From assembly GCA_051294375.1 (NCBI GenBank), contig CM119270.1, positions 18,397,267-18,461,266 of the forward strand: 64,000 nt of DNA, written 5' to 3'. Both the position numbers and the translations under genes were made by a program. Positions 23,037 through 56,368 of this stretch are shown piece by piece. Source of the DNA: Paraspadella gotoi. Lineage: Eukaryota > Animalia > Chaetognatha. How positions within the stretch are numbered: position 1 is the first letter of the stretch; each line of letters starts with the position of its first letter. The notes beneath the pieces are model-generated. The model was not told the DNA's origin. It made no database searches and saw nothing but the letters and a program-made list of their open reading frames with translations.

Positions 23037-24103
23037 ATTAGCCTTTGTGGAGTTTTTTTTTTATTATTACAGGAAAGATGATTTTAGGGCACTTTTTAGC
23101 TTGCTACACTGGCTTAAAATGAAAATAACAAAAATTTTATCAGTAAATATTTCATGGAATGGTATGTTAAAGCTAAAAAGAATACAATGTATACAATACT
23201 GGGTTGAACCCGTGAAACATGTCTCGGGGTAATGGAAACTGGCCATTTACAAAACGAGAAAAGGGGGAGTTGCATTAATTAGTGCACGACAGATAAGTAC
23301 TGGAATAGAATAGAAGCCATAAAGAACAATTGATGCAAATATTAACACGCAACATTTAAGTAGTTGGGTTCACTGTCGTCGCGGTGGAAAAATGAGTACA
23401 AAGGTAAGTTATTCCTTTCTCACAAGCGACGCAAATCCGAGCCGAGTCTGTTTTGTTCGTCAGCCGAGCAGACGAACAGGAAGAATGGACAAGGCTCGCT
23501 GCTCACTTTCGAGTACGAGGATTTTAATAGATATATTTATATATTGCCTATGGAACGAAGTGTTTAGCCTTTGGCTTTGATTTTTAATTACTTTACTTTT
23601 AACCAATATGAAACTATCATTATTGGTGTCATAGTTCTTTATAAAAGTTTTTTTTCTTTATAAAAGTGGATTCGACTTTTCCTCAGACTCAGTGTTGCAA
23701 AGGGATCTTTTGTTTTCATTTCTAACCCGAAATTTTTGAAAAATTAAATTCTCTCAAAAACAACGAAAGAAAGGATTATACCATGAAAAAGACACGGAAA
23801 TAAAAGGTTTTGATGCTCCTGACATATCCTGTATGTACTGAATTAATTAATTAATTCAACAAGGTTAATTAATTAATTCGAAATAAAAGGCATATATAAC
23901 TATTCCTATTATAAGATTGATTTAATGGTAAAATATATTATTATTATTATTATTGAAGAAACCCCTCCAGGACCCCGGGGGGGGGGTAGACGGAAGAAGA
24001 CGTAGAGCCTCAAACAAACTGAAGACCCCGAGACCAATGGCACCGCAAATGTTTATTTTAAATGCTTATTCTTGAAAGTCACGTGATTCTGTTAGGACCC
24101 GCC

Positions 24104-24402
24104 CACACTGCCTGATTTTTCAAAAAGACCTCCAGGTTAACGCCCTGCTCCTTCCTCCGTCCGCCTATCTCCTACACACTGCCTGATTTTTCAAAAAGAC
24201 CTCCAGGTTAACGCCCTGCTCCTTCCTCCGTCCGCCTATCTCCTACACACTGCCTGATTTTTCAAAAAGACCTCCAGGTTAACGCCCTGCTCCTTCCTCC
24301 GTCCGCCTATCTCCTACACACTGCCTGATTTTTCAAAAGACCTCCAGGTTAACGCCCTGCTCCTTCCTCCGTCCGCCTATCTCCTACACACTGCCTGATT
24401 TT
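24104..24402. repeat. 71-bp minisatellite, 4 units plus a partial unit
   Basis: Unit cacactgcctgatttttcaaaaagacctccaggttaacgccctgctccttcctccgtccgcctatctccta starts at 24104, 24175, 24246, 24317 and 24387. Confidence 0.95.
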
Positions 24403-24924
24403 AAATCGCGCCAAACATCCCACCCACCTCCGAATTAGTGTCACCAATTTAAAAATTAGTCTAAACTCAAAAAAATATTCGAAATTGTTTTTATTTTTCT
24501 TTTATATAATAATGACATCAAATGTTTATATAATTATTAAATTGATATAATTGAAACATACATATTTTAAGAAATTTTTCATTGTTTTGCTTTTAAATAT
24601 TTATATTTACTAATATATTTTAAAGGAATATGTTTCTAAAACTACAACATGCAAACACAATTTTGTCATATTTGCTTGGTCAGTGGTTGGTTTCTCATTT
24701 CTCATTGCATATGAAAGAAGATAAAAATAGAAAGGGAAAAGAGCGCGTTGTTTTATTTAACTACTTGCGGTTATTATAAGTTGAGAGAAAGGGCGGAGAA
24801 TTGGTAAAAGAGAGAGAGGGCGAACGAGTCGTACGTCACCTTGGTCCGGTCAATCGGTCAGTCCATCGACCTCGGTTGTCGTCGTCTTTGTCGTGCGTCT
24901 CGTCGGTCTCGTGCCTTTCTCTTC

Positions 24925-24961
<37 letters not shown>

Positions 24962-25618
24962 AATACTAGAAATAAATTTTAATAACAATTGACTATATTG
25001 TATTATTGATATTTTGCAAAATGTTCCACTGAGTTTCGCTAATTAAATATATTGTAATAGACAAAAATTGTATTTAATTTTATGATTCTGATAGAGAAAA
25101 GTACAAAATATAATTACTTAAAGATACAAAAGAAACTGTAATCATGAAGATATAGTCAATTTACTAAAATATGAAAAGATATACTTGTTAGACTCATAAC
25201 TATGACGCTAATAAAATCAAAAATTTTGACTTTCATAATAAAAAATAACAGCCGTTGCATTTAGAAATTTTGCTATTGAAAGTTCAAAATGTAATCATTT
25301 GAGTTAAATCATTGACCACCCCATTGACGAATGCTCTACTCTTGAATAAAGTTTATTCAAAAGTTGATTCATTGATGATTAATATTGATTAAATGACGAC
25401 AAGAGGTATAATATTAGACAAGACAAGATAACAAGACAACAAATTCCCCAACAGTGAAAATAAAATCAAGTTTGACAAACTTGATATCTCGAGGTCTGTG
25501 GGCTTTATGGATGAGATTCTTTCTCCATTAAAACTGAATATAACGAAAATCTGTTTTAACCCTATATTACTGTAATCCCAGGCCAGCTTTTAAACATAAA
25601 TATATTTCTTTTTTAACA

Positions 25619-26260
25619 TAAACCTTCATAAACGAACTTGTCAAAATAAAATATGAAAGAAATTTAAAATCCTAGTTCTTTCTTTGTTATTCTTGGAATT
25701 GAGAAGTTCATTGGTAAAGCTTATTTCTCTCTTAAAATACAAAATCGCTAAAATCCGCATTAACCAGTTATTACTAGAACCTTATGCTACCTGTTCAACC
25801 TGACAATGATATTTAGTTCAGATAAACCTGGTTAAACGAATATAAGAAAGTCAGAAAGGAAAATTTGAAAACCTAGTTCTTTCTTTGTTATTTTTGATGA
25901 TTGACATATCAACTGGTAAGGTATATTTCTTTCCTAAAACTCAAAACCGCAAAAAACCGCAACAGACCATAATAGCCAAAACCGATTACTAACTAATAAA
26001 ACTATTATCAATTTTTAAATATAATAAACCTGTTTAAACGGGTAACTACAAGAAAAATTTTAATTTTGAAATGTAGTTAATTTCTTATATATTTTGCGCG
26101 AATGTCTGTGGTTGAATACCTGATTTGAAAAATCAAATTCTCTCTTAATTTTAAAAATCGCAATAAATCGCATCAAACACAGACTAAGTAAACCTTCCTT
26201 TAACTAATAAAACCTATAGATATTACCAGCAGTGATAAACCTGGTTAAACGAGTGACATA
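25619..26260. repeat. Degenerate ~205-bp tandem repeat, about 3 units
   Basis: Recurring taaacctggttaaacg, cctagttctttctttgtta and aaaatcgc.a.aaatc.gca motifs at ~205-bp spacing. Confidence 0.6.
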
Positions 26261-27205
26261 AAGTAAAAAAAATGTTTTTGTAAAATTTTTCCATGTAAAA
26301 TACATTGAGTATGTTAAGAAAAAATTATATTACTTTATACGTATGAAAAAATAACATTTGTCCTTATGCACATATCCAAGGGGAGACAATCAGCTTTCAA
26401 ACGCCGTATCATTTTATGCAATTAACCATAGTATAAGAAAATGGCAGTTGGTCAAATAAAAAAATTATTTATTTTAGAGGAGTAAAAGAAAAGTAAAAAG
26501 AAAAGAAAGAAAGGTTACGAGTTTTAGCGATCTTTTCTGGTCAAAAGCCCGTAAGACCATCTACTTAAAAGTTAACCTATCAAAATCGAAATCGATGACA
26601 TGACTTTTTTCACTCGATTTTGAAATTTTTTTTTCCTGGAGGTCTGAGGCACCGTGCCGCCGGTCCGTCCTCCTCCTAAAACGCCCCCGAGAATATTCGA
26701 AGAATATTTGAGGAAACTCCTCAACCCCGGCGAGATGCTTCGGTCGTCCAGGCATGATTTGGTGGCTTGAGCAGATCGACGATCAAATAGTCTCTTTATT
26801 TCTCTGAGTTTATGAAGAGTTTAAAAGAGTACCTTAATAAAATAATCAAAGCATATAGATATTCAAACAGTACAAAAAAGAATAATTATCAAAATTATTA
26901 TTTAAACACTCAAAAGAATTACAAAAATCAGTATAAACTCAAAAACCAATGAATAAACTAAAGCATGAATGACGAAATGATCCAAACGATAAATCCTTGT
27001 GACGAAGTAAAGTTCGAACTCAGATATCACGATTCGCGAGTCTTTGGATCTAACAATTCCCGTCCTAATATTTAGTACCTTAATAAAATAATCAAAGCAT
27101 ATAGATATTCATACAATACAATCAATGAAATACTAACTAATTAATCAAAGAAGCAATATTAAACAAATAAACAAATCCACAAAGAATCCACTAAGCGTCC
27201 GATAA

Positions 27206-28149
27206 GTCCGGGATCACTCAATTCAAATTATAATTAGCCTAAAACCGAGCTCGGATTCGAAAGGAGAGCTCCTGACGATTCCGAAAATGTATTCACTTTA
27301 CTATTTTTTCAAAGGCGTCATCGTTTTTTTGATTTTTTTTGTACTATATAAAATAAAAGAAACCTATTTGAAGAGTTGCAGCCCAAACGGTAAGGCGGTT
27401 TCTCATAAAATTTGGCATGAATTACTTTTAGGTCACTAACTCCAATTCTATGAAAAGATATTTTCAAAATTTGCCTTCCTTCATATAAAATTTGATTATT
27501 TTAATCAATTTTTGGGATTAATTCCTTGATATCTTTGAAACGAAAAACATTTTTTCAAAAACGCGCTCATAGAATCTCCCCCACCTTTCCTTTCTTGCCC
27601 AAGATATTTTTTTCTTCAAGAAGAGTCCAATGGTTTGAGCTGCAACTCTTCGTTTTTAACTTCACTTCGTCAAGAAAGTTAAATTCTGTACTCATTAAAC
27701 TCATTAAACATTTACATAAAGTAAAAAGTCAAATTGAAATAAATTCGATAAGTTTTTTAACTCATAAAACTCATGAAAAGTATAAAAAACCGTCTGGAAA
27801 ATGTGAAGAGTAGTTTGTTTTAGACTTATTAGTGATACAACCCCATGTATGTACTTGTACCAAAGGAAGAATTAAATATAAGAAGTAGAAATTGAGCTTA
27901 CTGTAAAGAATCAGTTTTAAGTTAAAAATTTAGTTGTAGAAATTTAGCTTACATATAAAAAAATAATTTTCTCTTGAAAATCTAGTTTTACCGAAGAAAA
28001 AATTTTGTTTAAATTTTATGAACATTTTTAGTAGATTTTTAAAAGTTTTCGAATAATTTTTAATAGAAAACCTCTTACAGGATATGAGAAAATGATTAAG
28101 ATACAGTAAATTAAGATTTCTACAATTTTAGGTTGAGTGATCCCTGGCC
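27206..28149. mobile_element. Probable Kolobok-type non-autonomous DNA transposon (~0.94 kb)
   Basis: Left end ataa|GTCCGGGATCACTCAA and right end TTGAGTGATCCCTGGCC|ttaa: imperfect TIR with a TTAA-like target site. Confidence 0.5.
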
Positions 28150-28310
28150 TTAAGCGCCCACAAATGTTTATTATTTTAGAGAAGAGTCCCGTTTCAGAGC
28201 AGAATCACGAATAATCGAGAGAGTCAGATTATGTTTATGAGACGAAATTTGATATCTCTCTTAACCTAGGCAAAAGAGCATCTGACTCGCAAATATTCGT
28301 CTGGACTTTA

Positions 28311-28356
<46 letters not shown>

Positions 28357-29593
28357 TATTCCTAAATATCTTGCTGTCCTGACTGATTTACTGACTGAAT
28401 TCTTTATGAAATTTATAAAATAAGTATCGCATTTTGAGATCGAGTGGTATATAAAATTATTTCTTTGAAATAATGAATAAACGATTTATAGAAACAATAT
28501 GAAACGTGGATTACAAGATGAATCAAAAGGCAATAAGTTATGAATAACTCTAGGAGATCAAAATACATTGAGACCACAAACACATAAAATTGCTTGAAAC
28601 TGATTTTTTAATCATGGGTAAAACACGGAACCGAATTCATTCACGAGCATTATGGATTTCACAATATTGCGAGGTTATAACAAATAAATAGGGACAAAAT
28701 TTACTCGACTCAAAGGTCTTAAACAAAAAAGCTATATAATTATAAATATAATGACAGGAATGCTTACATGTATGATAGGAACGATTAATTTTTTTCCATA
28801 AATTAGCTTGACGAGTAAAGCAGTTTTTTATTTAACAGTATTTTTAGAATAAAAACGTCACCAATTTTATATGAAAAAGTTAATAAATCTTCCAGGGGTA
28901 ATTGGGAATAAATAACGGGTTAACCTATACCTCAATTAAATCTGTATACATCCATTTAACAAATTGAAGAAAAAGTTTCCCCCTTACCATGCTTCACATT
29001 AAATGAGTATTGTTAATTAAATGCCACATTTTAAGATTTAGTATAAAATTATATCGCTCGCTGAACGAAACAAACAGAAGTAAATAAATGAAATTTTGTT
29101 TTGATTAAAAAATAAAAAATTCAAAATACGTAATTTTGGGGGAAAAATTAAGCAGTGGAAGGAAATATATAAATCGGGGTCTTCAAATATATTTCATCGT
29201 GACATAATTGAGTGACATACAAGCAAAAAGCTTTTATCAATTATAATGTAAAAAAAATAATCATGTAAACCATAGTATCTACTTTGTACAAAAAAGTGAA
29301 AAAAAGGGAAAGAGGGGGAATAGGAAAATGGTTTGTTAGTTTGAATTTTTTTTAGCTGACGAAGTTCACAGAATTATGCGTTCTTTATCACTCGTAATTT
29401 ATTCGTTGCATTAGTCACCAAATCTAAACAAAGTCAGCGGTTTCAATCATTATACAATTTTTTATTACCTTGTGAAAATTAATCTCCCTATACTATAGGC
29501 CATTGCCGAAAAAGGTCAACTTTCGATTAAACGTAACGAAATTGATTATAAAAAAGGGAAAAGAAAGTAAATTGAGTCTAATTTGAGTCCTCG

Positions 29594-49478
<19,885 letters not shown>

Positions 49479-49658
49479 CTGGGGGGGAATGGGGGAGAGG
49501 GGAGGAGGAGAACAAGGGCAGGGGGGAAGAAGAAGGGAGGGAGGAGAGGAAAGAGAATGGGAGGAGAGGAGGGGGGAGGCAGGAAGAAGAAGTGTGAAAT
49601 GAGGATTTATTGATAGGAAGAAAAAGGAAAAAAAAAAGGAGAACGAAGAGAGAGAGAG

Positions 49659-49712
<54 letters not shown>

Positions 49713-50497
49713 GAATGAGCTCCGTCGCCACTTCGCCTTCAAAATGAACATTTGAGATAATCGTCCGAGTCAAAAATCCTTTTTCGTTATTCCTCGACTC
49801 AGGAACGGAATCTCCCTCCGTTTTCCCTTTGGTTTGGTTGGGCGTGGCTTTCCTGCGCTGCGGAAATCTTGCGCTGCGGCAATTCAGCGGAGCTGCAGCT
49901 ATTACCGGCGCTGGCAGGCTCGAAGCAGGGAGATAATGTGGCCAAATTTTCCTAAAGTTTTCAGCTTAAGGGGTCTGTGTCATCCAGGGGGTCAAAAAAT
50001 GAAATTCGTCAACTTTGTGAAAATGATTCATTAAGCCAATCATTGCCTGTGAAGTATCACAGCTCTCATCTCTTTCACAACAGCGAAATAATACATTCCG
50101 GCCTTATCACCTCTATACATTGTCTCGTCATAAGCATATTGGCTCTACCACATAAGGAGGAATGACCGAATCTCACTCGCGTTGATCGCTTTAAAAACAG
50201 TGCTACCATGCTTTTCAACTAAAAAATGTCGATAGGCAAGATAAAAAATGGAGAATAATACGTAATGGAATACAACTATGTAAAAATACATGATGAAAAT
50301 TTTCAGTTAGAATTTGACCTAATGAGCAAACAAAGCTAGGTCATAACTTGACACTAAATAATTATTACGTTCCTATCTCTGTGACACTGATTGTTTACTT
50401 ACGTTAATCCCAAGTTGCCACTGCTTTGTGGTCGCGCAGGAAAATCTTTTATTTCTTCGTAACATTAGTAGGTATGAGAAAGAGAGGAGAAAGAGAA

Positions 50498-50528
<31 letters not shown>

Positions 50529-51297
50529 AGAGAAGAGAGAAAGAAAAAGAGAGAGAGAGAAAGAGAGAGACCAAATTGATCATGAGTATTGATTCGAGTC
50601 AGATAGTTGCTATTTTTTATTAACATAAATATTAAATACAAAAGTTTATTTTGTTTATTTTTTAAAACGATTTTTAGTCGGATCTGCTTATAAGCAGATC
50701 CCGACTCTATAATTCACTTTGTCGTCCGTCGGTCCGCACCCTCAATATTTGTCGGGCAACCACATATATCATGTCAGAATATCGAATTATGATAAATGAT
50801 GCAAAAAAAGATGTCCATCTGTCCTTCCGTCCCACCTAACAAAAAAGTCCGATTACTCGAGATTGGATGGATGGATGGAATGAAATTTTGTGTGTATGTA
50901 AGAAGTGTGTGATTGAGCTGGATATAAGTTTTGATGGAATCGTCCGAGTGGAAATGAGTTTTAAATGGAAAAACAAAAAATATAAATCACTATATGAACA
51001 CCAATTGCTCGAGTTGATGGGGCGATTGGACCTAAATTTGTAAGTGGTAGGAAAGTGTGTGATTAGCTGGAATTAAGTTTTCGATGGAATCGTTTGAGTG
51101 GGAAATGAGTTTAAATGGAAAAAACAAAAAACCTGTTTCACTAATTGATTATGCATTTTTTTTTTCCTTTTATATTAAATGGAAATGGCAAGATGTATTA
51201 ATAATCAATAATAATCAGTTAATTAATCAATTAGTCAAAATTTGTAGTCGGCATTGCCTAGGTTCACCCTTGCCTATAAGCATGACTCTTTTTAGTT

Positions 51298-51520
51298 GCG
51301 ACCCAGTGGCTCATTGAGTAAAGCCATCAGCTCATGACCATAGGTACGGGTTCAATCCACCCGATACCTACCCTGCGGGAAGAGTGAGGACGGCCGTAAG
51401 CCACCTTGGGGCGTGCCAAACCCTCAAGCCTGGTTCCAAAGCCCAGGGACTCGTTCCATGTCTGCTTAGAGGGGGTTATAGAAGTATGGATAGTCATCTT
51501 CTGCCCACTTAGCGCCTTAT
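51298..51520 (+). mobile_element. tRNA-headed SINE-like element containing a degenerate twister-like fold
   Basis: A-box-like TGGCTCATTGAG (~51307), B box GGTTCAATCC (51349-51358), then a twister-like motif at 51375-51454. Confidence 0.6.
51375..51454 (+). ncRNA. Degenerate type-P5 twister-like motif
   Basis: GCGGG(P5) AAGAGT GAGGA CGGCCG T^AA GCC ACC TTGGGG..CCCTCAA(P3) G CCTGG TTCCAAAGC CCAGG(P4) GA CTCGT(P5). TCC/GGA pseudoknot is possible, but P2 and T2 are imperfect. Confidence 0.5.
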
Positions 51521-51748
51521 CTTTATTAATCAGTTAATTAATCAATTAGTAAATTAATTAATCCAATAATTAATCAGTTAATTAATCATCAAAACTACAT
51601 TTCTGATCAAATTAATTAATTGCTTAATTAAATAATTAATTAATTAACTTGAATTAATTAATTATAATTAATTATTGATTAATTAATTAACGATAATGAT
51701 TGTGGGCATATCCGACATTGTTTGCTCAAACTTGTTAATGATAGAAAA

Positions 51749-52249
51749 GACGGACATGTTTTCAACTCTTAGGGTTCGAGTCTTCATCAGCGTTTGACAA
51801 TAACAAATATTTGGAGAATAAGTTAAGGAGAGGAAAGAGAGAGATATTGAATATATTGAAAGCAAAAGTGAGGCTTGAGGCCAGGAGGAGAGAGAGAAGA
51901 GAGAGAAAGTTTCCAACAAAGATTGAGTTAAGGACGTGGTCAGATGTGAGGACAGGTAAAGGTAAGAACCGGAAGAAGAAGAAGTAAGTTGATGAAATGG
52001 TGAAAATGAGAGAGAGAGGGAGAGAGAGAAGAAATATCCATTACATTATTCTCTCTCTCTCTCTCTTCTCATTTTCACCATTTCACCACTTACTTCTTCG
52101 TCTTCCCTGTTCTTACCTTTACCTGTCCTCACATCTTTGTTTGGAAACTTTCTCTCTTTCTCTCTCTCTCTTCTCTTTCTTAACTTATGTCTCCAAATAT
52201 TTGTTATTTTCAAACGCTGATGAAGACTCAAACCCTAAGAGTTGAAACA
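51749..52249. mobile_element. Fold-back Penelope-like remnant with hammerhead motifs at both outer ends
   Basis: 51757-52030 is inverted relative to 52050-52249. The minus strand at 51749-51795 reads acg-CTGATGA-a-GACTC(gaaccctaa)GAGTT-GAAAAC-ATGTC-cgt. Confidence 0.62.
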
Positions 52250-53652
52250 AATATTAAATAATAAATTTACATTACATTACGAGAGATAAGTCGAGGCGTC
52301 TTTTGGTCGTCGATATCAGACATCGTTTGAGCGGCAAAACATTATTTTATTATCACTGTGACTATCATTATCAGTAAAGAAAGGATTATCATATCATAAT
52401 GAACAGTATCGCTGGGTTTAATAAAAAAAATTATGGGTATTAGGAAAAGGCAAGTGTTACTGACGGAAAATGATTTAAGATGTTCTAATTAATTCAATTA
52501 TATTTTAACAAGGGTTCTTTCTGAGATTCGATGATGTCAATCCCTTGTTCTCTCTGTCGTCATTGGTCAGTCAAATAATTTTTTTGGGATCCCAAAAAAC
52601 AAAATAATTAAAATTGAAACTAATTACAATAAAAATTACAATAATATGAATTATTCAATTTATTGAAAGTTACATTAGGGACTAATAAGACAAAAATACC
52701 TGAAATGTTAACAGCATTATGATAGTGTATTCACACTGCCTCACCTCAAATTACTATCAACCAACTGCATTGGTTTAGCGTCCACTGAGAATCAAAAATG
52801 CACGCAACCTTCAGGTCAGATGACCACCCCCGTTGCTAAGTGAACGATTTAAAAATTAAGTCTTTGAAGAAATCAGATATTTTTATTTTGTATTTACGAC
52901 ATTGTGGAGCAAAATTTTTTATTAAACACTAAAAGTCTCTTCTATATAATAAAAATTTGACATCTCTTCAAATTAAACTGTATGTATGGCTAGAATCTCT
53001 AAGAAAACAGCAACATTGTCGGCGAAGTGTCATTTGTACCATTATAAAAAAAATTTTTAGTAAATCAGAATAAAAGATTTTTGACTAAGCCTATAAAAAG
53101 TTTTATTACAACAGTTTTTAATTATTATCAATGATAATAGTAGTAGAATTTTGTAATGTTAACAACTTTTGACAGAGTTGTTGTCCATTTGGTTTATTCT
53201 GTCAGTACATAGCGAGGTGGGTAACCTGAGATATACAAAAAACAAAAATTTTATTAAAATCGCATATGTTTGATCATTTAGTAATTTTTTATCAGTTATC
53301 ACCTGATTTGTAATGTAATCATTAAACAAAGATACAAGATTATTACAACTTTACTTACAATTTAGATGGTACATATTTTCAATTTCACAAAACATAAATA
53401 TAATAACTGAATTTTATTGATTGTCCACTGTCTCAAATCTTCAATCAACTTTCTAATGTTGAATTTGATGAAACTGTCATAAAAAAGAATTATTTAAATA
53501 AAAAAAGTTTTTACATAACAATAATTCAGAACTAAGACGTTTTTCTCAAACAATCACTGGACTAACCTTATGCCAATAAATATTCTCCAGCATTGTAAGT
53601 TAATGTTATCAGTTCATTAACATAGTATTAAAAGATCCTAAATTGCTGTAAA

Positions 53653-53945
53653 AACAAGTTGAGCAACAATGTCGGATCTTCCTATGAAATTAATTAATTA
53701 ATTTATCGTTGAATATAATTAATTAATTTTATTTTATTTAATAATTAATTATAAATTTATATACACTTATCATCATCGATGTCCTTAAAATAAAGTTAAA
53801 TGTGACTTTTTTTTTGCATAATTTATCAAATTCGATGTTCTGACATGATATAAGTTTAGTGCCGACAATATTGAGGGGTGGACCGACGGAACTGACAAAA
53901 GTGAATTATAGAGTCGGGATCTGCTGATAAGCAGATCCGAATAAA
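53653..53945 (-). mobile_element. Second, shorter Helentron/HINE-like copy
   Basis: Both ends match 50671-50760 and 51705-51736 in reverse complement. Confidence 0.6.
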
Positions 53946-56332
53946 TTTAGTTGGGTTAATAACTCTACCACATCATACTTAGCAATACTATTTTGCCCCA
54001 CAAATTTCTCTTCTCCAAATTCATCTTGGAGCTTCCCTTATGTTGGATATATTTCCACAAGAATAATAAGTAGCATCCTTGGCAGCGGAAATTACTTGGT
54101 GTCCGGAATCGGAGTAGTCCCCACGGAAGAAATCTTCTAATTTTAGATTCTTGAACAAAAAACTTTTGTACAACAAATAATTTTAAAAAATGTAAATATG
54201 TTTTAAAACAGTTTTTTTTTCATTTTCTTATCAGTAAATTATCTATGATTTAAGAAAGTCACATACAAAGAGTGAGACGACAAAGAGACAATGACAGTAA
54301 GATCGGAAGGGAGAGAGAGAGGGAGAGAGAGAGAGAGAGAGACAGAAAAAACAGGAGAGAGAGACAGACAGACAGACAGTGAGAGAGAGACTGACGTTTT
54401 AATACATACATACAATTATCTCTAATAATTTCGTTGTTAAGAAATAAAAATGGTCTTCTTTGAAACCTAGTAAGAAAATGAAAGTATTAATTACTACTAA
54501 AGACTACTATAATAAAAACGAATACTTATGTGAAAAACAATATGGCGTATTCCAGCTTGAGAAATTTTGTCTGTTTCAAGTAAAATATATCCTAAAAACA
54601 AAAAAATCTAGATAAGCAAACGGAAATGTTTTTGAATCCTTATTCTAATGATTATACTATAACATATTGTTTTACTCACCACAGATGGGCAAATTTCTGC
54701 TTTGCAGTCAGAAGAATAATATAAAAATGTTTGATTCAGTGTAGGAAGGAAAAACGAATAAAAAAAGAAAAACAATCGTTTTGCTTTAAAAAAAAAACAT
54801 CAGTAAAGACGATTCTATCAGCTTTTTTTTCAAAGAATTTCGTTGTTGATTCGCGTATTTCACGTCATGCACGACAAACTCGTTATGTCTTCTCGCTACT
54901 TGCAGTCGTAAAAAAATTGAAAAATCACAAGAAACCAGCGGAGAAAAACTTTTTGTAGAATCTTGCTACTTTTTTTTACATAAAAATCGATAACTCAATA
55001 ACTATCGAATAATAAATATAATGATGCACTTTTGGCTAATTATGCTTTCTCTACAATCTCAAGATGGATTTTGCAATAAGTTAACGACTTATATTTTTAT
55101 TTGCTTTTCAAAAATAGGGCATCATTTTTTGTAACTTTAAAATTATTATTTTTGTAACTAAATGTTGGAATTTTTAAAAATCCATCCATGCATTTTGTAG
55201 ATAGGGAATAAAAGAAACTATGAGCAAAGTTTGGAATTTCTTTGGTCAACGCTGTTTCCCCTGTGGAATTTTTTTAGCCAAAAAAAAACCTTTTCGTCGA
55301 TATCTCAGCGAATGATATGATAAAAAATATTTGAAAATGTTCTGGACAGAGTGGATCGGAGTATCATATCAAGAGATGAAGGAAAAATATATATCTCTTC
55401 TCTATAAAGACCCGATCAATGACACAAAACCCCTTAAATTCCGAAATAAATTTTAAGTTTCAAGATTTTGTTTGTGGATTTTCATTAGAGATTTATAGTT
55501 TAGGGATTAGATACTTAAAATCTTTGGTTCAATAGTTGAGTAATATTAATAAATAATTTAGGATTAGAAACCAGAATGAGAGCGTATTCGGAAAATAAAG
55601 TGCCGTTCTTTTTAGAGGGGGACACCGGCACCTATGTTTCAGACTTCGACCTTGCTTCTGTTGCACGCAGACATGATGCAGTGATCTGATAATAACAAAC
55701 AACTACAACACAACGATAATTTTGCCTTTCGCCAAAGACCACAACGCCGTTCGGGGCCCGCCTCTGGTTCTTCGTAATAAGTTTATCCTTGCGGTTCGGA
55801 CCATAAGACATTCATACTGGGACATCTAGGTGCGAGTCCTTGCAGACTGTTCTCTCCTCCCTCCTCCTCCTCCTCCTCCTCCTCCTTTCTCCCAGCGACG
55901 GTTTTCCTTCCAAGGAAACGAATTTAAACAAGAGAGAAAAGCGGCATCTGGCGACTAACGGGGGAGACCGCCCGTCTGTCTGCCTGTCTGTCCTTCGGTC
56001 CATCAGTGGAAAAAAATACTTAGGGAAGACTCCAGTTTCGTTGGAGAAGATTTGTTCCTACTTGAGAGAATCTAATATTAGTTATATTTATGATAATGTT
56101 TCTATCACCACATATCACTGACCACTCGAGCATTGTAACTCGCACAATAGACGAAACAGACCCAAAGTAAAACGCAAGAAACAATACATACATATATAAA
56201 AAAAAACCGTTTCGCGTCTGACTGACTTTTCTTCAATAAATCACGGATCCAAAAACTGAAAGAAGGAAAAAGAAACAAAAAACTGACGACACCGAAAAAA
56301 AAAATGGCGGATGAAGNNNNNNNNNNNNNNNN

Positions 56333-56368
<36 letters not shown>

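Larger units (their letters stand above)
50671..51736 (+). mobile_element. Non-autonomous Helentron/HINE-like element nested in the Kolobok-type insertion
   Basis: T-run, then palindrome gtcggatctgcttataagcagatcccgac, then gtcc-type microsatellite, with 3' subterminal inverted repeat atccgac and a cttgtt end. A second copy has the same ends. Confidence 0.6.
49970..55433. mobile_element. 5464-bp Kolobok-type DNA transposon insertion (TTAA TSD, GGGG-starting TIRs), no intact ORF seen
   Basis: TTAA|GGGGTCTGTGTCAT...ATGACACAAAACCCC|TTAA. The empty site ttttcagc-TTAA-attccg is on the minus strand at ~62260-62278. Confidence 0.85.

Noticed and set aside
24104-24402. CRISPR-like array
   Set aside because: The units are identical end to end with no unique spacers, there are no cas genes, and the context is eukaryotic.
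49966-55437. piggyBac assignment for the TTAA insertion
   Set aside because: piggyBac TIRs start with CC. These start with GGGG, which fits Kolobok (RR termini).
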